A DNA stretch of 63,182 bases, the filler included, from Folioceros fuciformis (taxonomy: Eukaryota): NCBI GenBank assembly GCA_049999805.1. It is 12 parts of 12 records of this genome, joined end to end, with 100 filler letters (N's around TTAATTAATTAA, not from the genome) between each part and the next. Parts side by side here need not be neighbours in the genome. Positions count along the whole stretch, not along the records: positions 1 to 24,894 come from JBNGIO010000250.1; 11 more parts are not named here. One strand, 5' to 3'. The position numbers were made by a program, and so were the translations under genes. A model generated the notes under the pieces. It was given only the letters and a program-made list of their open reading frames with translations, ran no database searches and was not told where the DNA came from. Shown here piece after piece: positions 13,255-22,669 of this stretch; positions within the stretch are counted from its first letter, which is position 1, and every line of letters begins with the position of its first letter.

Positions 13255-16200
13255 TTATCCACCGACCAAAAAACTGTGCACCCGTCCGTCTACGTCTGCC
13301 CACCAGCTCTGACCTGCCTGCTTCCATGCACCGATTCTCGTTCTCCTTGACTGCATCTCCTCTGCCTGCTCCCACAATTGGGCACCCGTGTATACGCCTG
13401 ACATCAGTACATATGCTGCGGGATCTTTCTCGTCTAGCTTCAGCGCTTCATTAAAAGCATAGTATCCCACCTCCACGTTGCTCCACTTTCGACAAGCACC
13501 CAACAATGTATGCCAAACTGCAGGATTGGGCAGTACAGGCATTGTCCTTGCCAAAGCAAGCGCCTCACCCAGTTGGCCTGCACGACCCAGAAGATCCACC
13601 ATGCAAGTGTAGTGCTCCACCGTGGGGCTGATGCCGTACTCTCTGGTCATGGCATCGAAGTATTGTCTACCCCTATTCACTAGACCCCCATGACTGCATA
13701 CCGTTAGTACACTGAGGAACGTGATGCCGGCTGGGGGCACGCCATCGTTTCTCATGCGCTGAACTAAGTCAAAGACGACTTCACTGTCTCCCTGATAGGT
13801 GTAGCCCGCAATCAGCGCACTCCAGGAGACAACGTCCCTTTCAGACAATGAATCAAACACCTCCTGTGCATCAACCATGCTCCCACACTTGCCATACATG
13901 TTTATCAAGCTGCCACCAACGAACACATCAGCCCCAAACCCTTGCTCTTGAACCTCGGCATGCAGTTGCCTTCCAAGATCCAACGCTGCCACATTCGCAC
14001 AGGCCTGCAAGAGGCACATAAATGTCACAGAAGTCGATACAGAAATCCCACCTTCTTGCATAGCACTGTACACACGAAGGGCTTCGTGGCCCATTCCCTG
14101 CTGGGAATACCCTGCGATCATGGCATTCCATGTCACTACATTCTTCTGACGAAGACCGTCAAACACTCTCTGGGCATCTTCCAGGCAGCCACACTTTGCA
14201 TACATGTTTACCAAGCTGCTGGCTACAAACACATCATCCTTATGACCTCCTACTCTAATTTGTTCATGAAGCTGCTTGCCCTTCTCCAGTGCAGAGCAGC
14301 CTATGCTTGCACATGCCTGCAGGAGGCACGCGAATGTTACAGAATCTGGTGCTACGCTGCCGTCTTGTTGCATGGTACTGTAGAGACGAAGGGCCTCCTG
14401 GCCCATGTTCTGCTGGGAATACCCTGCTATCATAGCATTCCATGACACAACGTTCTTTTCACCAAGACTATCAAATGCATCCTGAGCGTTTGCCAGGCTG
14501 CCGCACTTTGCATACATGTTCACCAAACTGTTTCCAACGACCACATTATCTTCAAACCCTTGCCGTCTGATTTGCAAATGAAGCTGCTTCGCCTGCTCCA
14601 ACGCTGGTCTACCCACACTTGCACACGCCTGGAGGAGGCACACAAATGTCACAGCATTTGGTACTACCATCCCATCTTCTTGCATAGCACTGTACACTTG
14701 AAGGGCGTCCTGGCCCATGCCATGCTGAGAATACCCTGCTATCATGGCATTCCAAGTCACCACATTTTTTTCACCAAGCCCATGGAACACTCTCTGAGCA
14801 TCCTGTAAGCTGCCACACTTCCCATACATGCTTACCAAACTGCTTCCTATAAACACATCGGCTTGATGGCCTCGTTCTCTAATCTGCACATCAAGCTGCT
14901 TCCCCATCTCCAAAGCTGGGGATCCCACATTTCCACATGCCTGAAGTAGGGACAGAAATGTCACCGTATCCGGCACTGACTTGCCATCTTCTTGCATAGC
15001 GCTGTATAGACGAAGCGCTTCTTCGCCCTTGCCCTGTTGGGAATACAGAGATATCATGGTATTCCACGTCACCACATCTTTTGTCCCGAGTGCATCAAAT
15101 ACTCCTCGACAATGTTCCAAGCTACCACACTTTGAATACATGTTAATCAAACCATTGGCTACGAGCATATCAGTCTCGTGTCCACCTGCTTGAATATGAG
15201 TATGAAGCAGCCACCCCTTCTCCAATGCAGGGGGGCCCACTCCAGCGCAAGCCTGCAAGAGGGAGACAAACGTCACGGAATTGGGTATAGCAACGCCTTC
15301 TTCTTGCATGAGGCCATAGAGATCAAGGGCTTCTTGGCACCTTCCGTGTTGGGAATACCCCGCAATTAGAGCAGTCCATGTCACAACATCTTTTCGAACA
15401 AGGCCATCAAACATTCTCTGAGCGTCGTCCAGGCTCCCACACTTTGCATACATGTGTACCAAACTGTTTGCTACAAACACATCAGCCTCATATCCTCGTT
15501 CCCTACTTTGGGCATGAAGCTCCTTCCCCTTTTCCAAAGCTGGGCTGCCTACATTTGCACATGCTTGCAGGAGGGACACGAACGTCACAGCATTCGGTAC
15601 AGCGATGCCTTCTGCTTCCATTGTACTGTACAGACGAAAGGCTTCCTGCACCATGCCCTGCTGAGAATACCCTGAAATTAGGGCAGTCCATGTCACCACA
15701 TCTTTTCGACTAAGTCCGTCAAACACTTTCTGAGCGTTTTCCAAGCTGCCGCACTTTGCGTACATGTCTACCAAGCTATTCCACACAAACAAGTGAGGCT
15801 CCGCCCCAATGGCCAACACATCAGCATGCACCTGCTTGCCGGTTTCTAAGTCCAATCCCCTTGCACAAGCCTGAAGGGCTGCCACAAACACATGCCCATC
15901 CGGCTCGACTCTTGACCTGCGCATCTCGTGATACAGTTGTATGGCTTGCTTGTCTTTTCCATCTTGAACATGCGCAGAAATTATGGAAGACCATATGAAG
16001 GCATTTGGTTCGGCAACCATGGTGAACACATCCATCGCCTCTTGCAACCTACTATGCGAAGTATACATCCGCAGTATGTGGTTGCACAGGAACGCATCCG
16101 ACTGGTACCCCCTTTTCACAATCAAAGCATGGACTCGGCGACCCGGAACCAGATCTTTCTTCAACAAACACTCTTTGAGAACCTTGTAGAAAAGAGCTGT

Positions 16201-16626
16201 GTTAATACAACACTCTGTCTGCACCAGCACCCCTAAAGCCTCTAGAGCCTCACCGAGATAACCCCCACGACACAGCTTGCTCACGGTTTCAGCCGTCACA
16301 TTGCTTTCGTATCCGGCAGGCCAGCGAGGATCAGGATCAGGATCCTCCGCTGGCTTCAAGGTACCGTTTAGCACGAGCACCGGTGAATCTAGACAAATGA
16401 GCTCCTGACAACCACCCTCCCTGAAAGATTCGTGTCCAGACAAACGTCCTCGTCGACTGGGTGTCTTAGTGCAGTAGCATGCACCTCGATTGTTTCCCGA
16501 AGCTTGGCTCGTTAAAGCCAGATGAGTGGGAGCCCTTCCCATGGTAGCTGTAAACCGATGACACCGTCGGGTCCACGAAACCTGATCCCACAACGGGTCC
16601 TGTCCTGCAACACTCCCAAGGGCCAT
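13255..16626 (-). CDS. PLS-class PPR protein with E1/E2 and WW-type PG box, no DYW domain (putative organellar RNA-editing specificity factor), 1123 aa
   Basis: Intronless ORF with 7 P1-L1-S1 triplets plus P2-L2-S2 (HYTCMVDLLGRAG), E1 (VWHTLLGAC), E2 (AYVLMSGVY) and KQAGQSWWAD...VHSF. Confidence 0.93.
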   Translation of the reverse strand: MALGSVAGQDPLWDQVSWTRRCHRFTATMGRAPTHLALTSQASGNNRGACYCTKTPSRRGRLSGHESFREGGCQELICLDSPVLVLNGTLKPAEDPDPDPRWPAGYESNVTAETVSKLCRGGYLGEALEALGVLVQTECCINTALFYKVLKECLLKKDLVPGRRVHALIVKRGYQSDAFLCNHILRMYTSHSRLQEAMDVFTMVAEPNAFIWSSIISAHVQDGKDKQAIQLYHEMRRSRVEPDGHVFVAALQACARGLDLETGKQVHADVLAIGAEPHLFVWNSLVDMYAKCGSLENAQKVFDGLSRKDVVTWTALISGYSQQGMVQEAFRLYSTMEAEGIAVPNAVTFVSLLQACANVGSPALEKGKELHAQSRERGYEADVFVANSLVHMYAKCGSLDDAQRMFDGLVRKDVVTWTALIAGYSQHGRCQEALDLYGLMQEEGVAIPNSVTFVSLLQACAGVGPPALEKGWLLHTHIQAGGHETDMLVANGLINMYSKCGSLEHCRGVFDALGTKDVVTWNTMISLYSQQGKGEEALRLYSAMQEDGKSVPDTVTFLSLLQACGNVGSPALEMGKQLDVQIRERGHQADVFIGSSLVSMYGKCGSLQDAQRVFHGLGEKNVVTWNAMIAGYSQHGMGQDALQVYSAMQEDGMVVPNAVTFVCLLQACASVGRPALEQAKQLHLQIRRQGFEDNVVVGNSLVNMYAKCGSLANAQDAFDSLGEKNVVSWNAMIAGYSQQNMGQEALRLYSTMQQDGSVAPDSVTFACLLQACASIGCSALEKGKQLHEQIRVGGHKDDVFVASSLVNMYAKCGCLEDAQRVFDGLRQKNVVTWNAMIAGYSQQGMGHEALRVYSAMQEGGISVSTSVTFMCLLQACANVAALDLGRQLHAEVQEQGFGADVFVGGSLINMYGKCGSMVDAQEVFDSLSERDVVSWSALIAGYTYQGDSEVVFDLVQRMRNDGVPPAGITFLSVLTVCSHGGLVNRGRQYFDAMTREYGISPTVEHYTCMVDLLGRAGQLGEALALARTMPVLPNPAVWHTLLGACRKWSNVEVGYYAFNEALKLDEKDPAAYVLMSGVYTGAQLWEQAEEMQSRRTRIGAWKQAGQSWWADVDGRVHSFLVGG

Positions 16627-16890
16627 GGAACTGTGCGTTCAAGCACTCCAGACCTCCGGCTGATCTTGCCGACTGTGATACCCCTACTGCAGAACCATGC
16701 GTTCATAGCTCTTGATTCCTCGTTCGCCTTGAGAATGCCTTACCGATGAGAAATGCTACCATCCACGGAATCAATGATGCCCTCGTTCGCCTTGAAAAGG
16801 CCTCATCGTTTAGGAATGTTGTCACCCGTGGGATCTGCGACCTAGTCCGAAAGCCGCGTTGGGATCGTGAATCTCAACCATGAACAAATC

Positions 16891-19800
16891 TCAAATGCAG
16901 GAATGGTCCCTCGGAACTATTACGGATTGCGATGTCTGTTGTATTATAACATCGTTATTTACCACAATTCTTCTATCGGCTACCAAAAAACTATGTACGA
17001 CACCTTCGAAGTCTGCCCACCAGGTCTGACCGGCCTGCTTCCGAGCCCTGATTCTCTTTCTCATGGCCTGCATCTCCCTTGCCCGCTCCCACATCTCGGC
17101 GCCGGTGTATATGTTTGCCATCAACACATACGCTGCGGGATCCTTGTTGTCCAGCTTCAAGGCTTGGTCGAATGCATGGCGTCCCACCTCCACGTTACTC
17201 CACTTTTGACAGGCACCCAACAACGTGTGCCAAAGTGCAGCACTAGGCAACAGAGGCATAGTGCTCACCAACGCCAGTGCCTCGTCCAGCAGGCCTGTCC
17301 GACCCAGGAGATCCACCATGCATGTGTAGTGCTCCACCGTGGGACTGATGCCATACTCTCTGGTCATAGAATCCAAGTACCGTCTTCCCTTGTTTACAAG
17401 ACCTGCGTGACTGCACACTGTTAGTACACTGAGGAATGTGATGGCGACAGGCAGCACGCCATCATGTCGCATTCTCTGGACCAAGTCAAAGACTACTTCA
17501 CTGTCTCCCTGAGAGGTGTAGCCTGCAATTAGAGCACTCCAGGCGACGACATCTGGTTTGGATAATGCATCGAACACTTGCTGCGCCTCAGACATGCTCC
17601 CACACTTACCATACATGTTAATCAGACTGCCACCTACAAACACATCAGCTTGAAGCCCTTGTTCTACGATCTGTGAATGTAGCTGTCTTCCCAGGTACAA
17701 CGCTGCCACATTTGCACAAGCCTGGAGCAGGCACACGAACGTGACGGCATTTGAAACAGCCATGCCTTCCTCTTGCATGGCACCGTACATACGAAGGGCT
17801 TCCTGCCCCATCCCCTGCTGGGAGTATCCTGCTATCATGGCATTCCATGTCACAACATTTTTCTCCCCCAGTCCGTCAAACACTCTCTGAGCATCCTCTA
17901 CGCTGCCGCACTTAGCATACATGTTCACCAAGCTGCTGGCTACAAATACATCACCTTGGTATCCTTGTTCTCTTATCTGTGCGTGAAGCTGCCTCCCCTT
18001 TTCCAATGCTGACGTGCCCATGCTGGCACATGCCTGAAGTAGGCTCACAAATGTTACAGAGTCAGGAGCTGCTACGCAATGCTCTTGCATAGAGCTGTAG
18101 AGAGACAGAGCCTCCTGGCCCATTCCCTGCTGGGAATACCCCGCTATCATGGCATTCCACGTAACCACATCCTTTATACTAAGCCCCACAAACACTCTGT
18201 GAGCACTTTCCAGACTGCCACATTTCGCATACATGTTCACCAAACTGTTGGCTACAAAGACATCAGCTTCATGACCTCCTTCTCGGATTTCTGAATGAAT
18301 GTGCTTACCCTTCTCCAGAGCTCGGGTGCCAACACTAGCACATGCCTGCAGGAGGCACAGATACGTCACAGAATTGGGTGCAACCGTGCTCTCTTCTTGC
18401 ATAACACTGTGGAGATGAAGGGCTTCTTGGCCCATGCCCTGTTGGGAATACCCTGCTATCATGACATTCCATGTCACGATGTCTTTTTGATCGAGTCCGT
18501 TAAATAGTCTGTGTGCATCTTCCAAGCTGCCGCACTTGGCATACATATTGACTAAACTACTGGCCGCAAACATGCCATCTTCATATCCTCGTTCTTTGAT
18601 TTGAGCATGTATCTGCTTCCCCATTTCCAAAGCTGCGGTGCCCACACTGGCACATGCCTGAAGAAGGCACACAAATGTCACACAGTTGGGTGAAGTGATT
18701 CCTTCTGCTAGCATATCACCATAAAGAAGAAGGGCTTTCAGGCCCATGCCCTGCTGGGAATACCCCGATATCATGGCATTCCACGTGACCACATCCTTTT
18801 GGCCCAGTCCATCAAACACCGTGTGAGCCTCTTCCAAGCTGCCACACTTTGCGTACATGTTAACCAAACTGCTTCCAACGAACACCTCACCTTGAAAACT
18901 TCGTTCTCTAATCTGAGCATGAAGCTCTCTCCCTTTCTCCAGCGCTACACCGCCCATGTTTGCACATGCCTGCAGAAGACACACAAAAGTCATGGCATTG
19001 GTTGCGTCGACCCACTCTCCTTGCACAGTTGTGTATAGATGAAGGGCTTCCTGGCCCATGCCCTGCTGGGAATACCCTGCGATCATGGCAGTCCACGTCA
19101 CAACATCTTTTTGACCAAGTCCATCAAACAATCTCTGGGCGTCCTCAAGGCTGCCACATTTTGCATACATGTATACCAAACTGTTGGCCACAAACACGTC
19201 ACTGTCATGCCCTCCTGCTGCAATCTGCCCGTGAAGCTGCTTTCCCATCTCCAAAGCTGGGGTGCCCACACTAGCACATGCTTGCAGAAGGCAAACAAAT
19301 GTCACAGAATTGGGCACAGCGATACCTTCCTGTTGCATAACACTGTAGAGGTGAAGGGCTTCTTGGCCCATGCCCTGCTGGGAATATCCTCCGATCAGGG
19401 CCGTCCACGTCACCACATCTTTTTGACCAAGTCCGTCAAACACTCTTCGAGCATCCTCCAGGCTGCCACACTTTGCATACATGTTCACCAAACTGTTGGC
19501 CACAAAGGTATCAGCTTGATGTCCTCGCTCTCTAAGTTGCACGTGAAGCTCCTTCCCCATTTTCAAAGCTGCATTGCCCACACTGGCACATGCCTGTAGC
19601 ACGCACACAAATGTGACCGGGTTGGGTACAGCGATTCCTTCTTCTAGCATACAACTGTAAACACTAAGGGCTTCTTGACCTAAACCCTGCTGCGAGTACC
19701 CTGCAATCATAGCATTCCACGTCACTACATCCTTTTGCGCAAGACCGTCAAAGACTCGTTGTGCTTCCTCTACGCTGCCACACTTTGCATACATGTTTAC

Positions 19801-21018
19801 CAACCCGCTACCTACAAATTCATCAGCTTGGTGTCCTCTTTCTCTGACCTCTGCGTGGAGCTGCTTCCCCATCTCCAAACCTGGAGTGCCCATACTGGCA
19901 CATGCCTGTAGGAGGCAGAGGAACGTCACAGCATTGGGTATCGCGATGCCTTCTTCTCGCATAGCCATGTAAAGAGAAAGGGCTTTATGGCCCCTACCCT
20001 CCTGAGAATACCCTGCAATTAGAGCAGTCCAGGTTACCACATCTTTCTGCCCAAGTCCGTCAAACACTTTCTGAGCATCCTCCAAGCTGCCACACTTGGC
20101 ATACATGTCCACCAAGCAGCTAGAGACAAACAAATCAAGTTGAGCGCCACTAGCCAAGACATCGGCATGCACCTGCTGCCCAGCTTTCAAGTCAGAACCC
20201 CGTGCACAAGCCTGGAGAGCTGCCACAAACACATGCCCATCCGGCTTCGCACTTGACCTGCGCATTCGCTGATACAGACCCACGGCCTGCTTGTCTTGTC
20301 CGTGTTTCACATGCGCAGAAATTATAGAAGACCACAAGAAGGCATCTGGTTGGGCAACCATAGTGAACACATCCATTGCGTCCTGCAACGTGCCATGCGA
20401 GGCATACATTCTCAGAACGTGGTTGCACAGGAACGTGTCCGACTGGTACCCTCGCCTCACCATCAAGGCGTGGACACAGCGACCCAGGACAAGATTCCTC
20501 CTCGCCACACATTTCTTCAAGACCGTATAAAACAAAGATTTGGCAACAGGACAGTCTGCTTGAACCAAAACTCCCAGAGCCTCGACAGCCGCATCAAGGT
20601 CGCCCTCACCACACAGCTCGGCCACGGATGCAGCAGTGACGCCCACTTCGTAGCCTGCAGGCCTGCGAGGGCCAAGGTCAGCCGACACCTCCACATCCAG
20701 AGGAGCAAGCTGGGCATCCACCCAAGCCGGCTTGGAGAAGCTGTTCAGCCAGAGGGTCTCCTGGGTCTCTGTGCCTGCAGTCAGCCCAACAGTCGCTCTG
20801 CTAGTCTTGCTTGCTGTCCCACCAAGGAGTGGGGTTTTGAAAGAGTTGTCGCCACAGGAGCTCCTGCCGTCGACCCTGGCTGGCAGGGTCATCTGCAGCA
20901 ACATATCCTCTTCAACTAGCTGGTTTTGCTGCAAATGTATGGTCTCCTTGAATTCAATTGGCCATTGGGCGGGAGGAGATCTTGGTAGCCTACTTCTGAA
21001 CCCACCAATTTGGTCCAC
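16891..21018 (-). CDS. Paralogous PLS-class PPR protein with E1/E2 and WW-type PG box, no DYW domain (start uncertain; first in-frame ATG 20904)
   Basis: Intronless ORF with 9 P1-L1-S1 triplets plus P2-L2-S2, E1, E2 and KQAGQTWWAD...VHSFLVAD. Shares the N-terminal PAGYE..VTA..V..LC motif with its neighbour. Confidence 0.93.
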   Translation of the reverse strand: MDQIGGFRSRLPRSPPAQWPIEFKETIHLQQNQLVEEDMLLQMTLPARVDGRSSCGDNSFKTPLLGGTASKTSRATVGLTAGTETQETLWLNSFSKPAWVDAQLAPLDVEVSADLGPRRPAGYEVGVTAASVAELCGEGDLDAAVEALGVLVQADCPVAKSLFYTVLKKCVARRNLVLGRCVHALMVRRGYQSDTFLCNHVLRMYASHGTLQDAMDVFTMVAQPDAFLWSSIISAHVKHGQDKQAVGLYQRMRRSSAKPDGHVFVAALQACARGSDLKAGQQVHADVLASGAQLDLFVSSCLVDMYAKCGSLEDAQKVFDGLGQKDVVTWTALIAGYSQEGRGHKALSLYMAMREEGIAIPNAVTFLCLLQACASMGTPGLEMGKQLHAEVRERGHQADEFVGSGLVNMYAKCGSVEEAQRVFDGLAQKDVVTWNAMIAGYSQQGLGQEALSVYSCMLEEGIAVPNPVTFVCVLQACASVGNAALKMGKELHVQLRERGHQADTFVANSLVNMYAKCGSLEDARRVFDGLGQKDVVTWTALIGGYSQQGMGQEALHLYSVMQQEGIAVPNSVTFVCLLQACASVGTPALEMGKQLHGQIAAGGHDSDVFVANSLVYMYAKCGSLEDAQRLFDGLGQKDVVTWTAMIAGYSQQGMGQEALHLYTTVQGEWVDATNAMTFVCLLQACANMGGVALEKGRELHAQIRERSFQGEVFVGSSLVNMYAKCGSLEEAHTVFDGLGQKDVVTWNAMISGYSQQGMGLKALLLYGDMLAEGITSPNCVTFVCLLQACASVGTAALEMGKQIHAQIKERGYEDGMFAASSLVNMYAKCGSLEDAHRLFNGLDQKDIVTWNVMIAGYSQQGMGQEALHLHSVMQEESTVAPNSVTYLCLLQACASVGTRALEKGKHIHSEIREGGHEADVFVANSLVNMYAKCGSLESAHRVFVGLSIKDVVTWNAMIAGYSQQGMGQEALSLYSSMQEHCVAAPDSVTFVSLLQACASMGTSALEKGRQLHAQIREQGYQGDVFVASSLVNMYAKCGSVEDAQRVFDGLGEKNVVTWNAMIAGYSQQGMGQEALRMYGAMQEEGMAVSNAVTFVCLLQACANVAALYLGRQLHSQIVEQGLQADVFVGGSLINMYGKCGSMSEAQQVFDALSKPDVVAWSALIAGYTSQGDSEVVFDLVQRMRHDGVLPVAITFLSVLTVCSHAGLVNKGRRYLDSMTREYGISPTVEHYTCMVDLLGRTGLLDEALALVSTMPLLPSAALWHTLLGACQKWSNVEVGRHAFDQALKLDNKDPAAYVLMANIYTGAEMWERAREMQAMRKRIRARKQAGQTWWADFEGVVHSFLVADRRIVVNNDVIIQQTSQSVIVPRDHSCI

Positions 21019-21229
21019 GTTTACTGTCCCAACACTGATTACTGCTGCCCCTTGCCCGACCCAATCCAGACTTGGTGCATCTCCTTAGAACGTCGAATGT
21101 AGCTTTCGGGAACCCGACACCACACCATCTGGCCATGAAACATACATTGACCTGCAACTCTCTCCGACAAGACGGAAGGAACAACAGATAAAATGGACAC
21201 GAGTTCCACCTTAGCCAGCCCTTGCTAGT

Positions 21230-22560
21230 TACTTGCCGTACTTTTTTATTTGTTCCTCCTCATTAGCTCAGGGTACATCCATGTACTCTTCTCGTCCACT
21301 TTGGTTGAAGTCACCAAACTGGACCTTGCAAAGAACACTAATTGCTATCATGCCAAAGAAGGATGTCCAAGGTACCTTGTCCGGATCTTGGCCAAACGAA
21401 GGTGATAATTTGATTTAGGAAGATGGATTTTATTTTGATAAAATCTCCACATTTCATAGTTATGCACACCATTGTCATTCCATGGATCTATCCTCGTAGA
21501 TCGAATTATCCAATTGCAAACTCATTGGATCAAAGGACCCTATTCCTTACTCTTTCAGAACAGCAGGCCCCTACTCTTACTCATTCAGAGCAGCACGTGG
21601 AGAGTGACTTCCCTTGGGCACTAAAGGTTCTGTTTCTTTGTATCTTAGAAAGAATCTCATCTGGTTGCCATATGATTGTGCATCTTGTTTGCCGGCACCG
21701 TCAAACGCATCATTACATCTTTTATGCCCGGTATCGCAAAGAGGGTCAATGTTGTAACTGCCACCGCAACAAACACACCATTGCTACAGTCTTCATTCCT
21801 CCATCTTTTATCTCTGGAGGCTCCTACGAGCTGAACAATGGCTCACAAGGAGGAGAGAGTCCATATGGTGTTTGTGGACTTATGCGAAATGAATTTACAT
21901 CTAGCGTTTAACCGTATTAGGTTAAGTAGGAGTGTTAAGGGTTATGGTTTAACCTAACTTGGTTAGTTCTTTATTTATAGGGTGCTCTACTATTTAGGGT
22001 AACTCAAATACTCCATGTATAACAACAAAACGGGGATACTGTATGCCAATCATGTGGCCTAGTGAATGAAGAGCGTTTCATCGACCCTAGTGTTAACTAT
22101 GATTCATTTTGATTTCTTGGTTACATACACTTGGTTATGTAGCTTCTTATTAGTGGTGTTATGACAGCTTTTGCTAAACCCAAATATGTAGGAAGATACC
22201 ACTTTAAAAACGCTTTTACCAACTTTCAAGATGCCTAGTCCCATTCCCTTGAAATGGTGTGTATAGATAGTCATCTCTATAACACCCTCAGTGTCTCACA
22301 CTTATCCTTAGCTCTAGTCCCTCCTTGAAGGGGAGGTCAAAGGCCCTTCCATAAAGATGTACATAAATCCATTTCGTGCCGTACACTACAATGAGCCGCA
22401 CCAATAGAACTAATCAATACCAACTTGCAAATGTTTTCTTGCAACCCAATTTCGTAACGTCGGGACTCAAGGTTCTCTTTTTGCTTGTCTTGAAAGAGTC
22501 TAATTATAATCCGTGTTTACTGGAGGTTTGCGATGGGACACAGCACAACGCATTCAAGGA
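21230..22560. mobile_element. AT-rich, probably decayed transposon-derived DNA
   Basis: Abrupt drop in GC, no coherent ORF, LTR-like composition near 21900-22030. No diagnostic motif was recognised. Confidence 0.3.
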
Positions 22561-22669
22561 AGTAAGGTGTTAAAATTGTTTATAGAGTTTGTTTTTAGAC
22601 ACTGAGAACCAAAGTTACAAGCGTTTCGAGACAACGAGTGTAGTAGTACAAAACTGTAACCCGAGAAAA

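Noticed and set aside
13900..20900. Many His/Cys-rich plus-strand ORFs
   Set aside because: They are antisense shadows of the repetitive PPR genes.
2912..21018. Adjacent PPRs editing the stop codons of the GH3 copies as a linked system
   Set aside because: PLS PPRs act in organelles, these lack a catalytic domain, and proximity is the only support. Ordinary C-to-T decay explains the stops.
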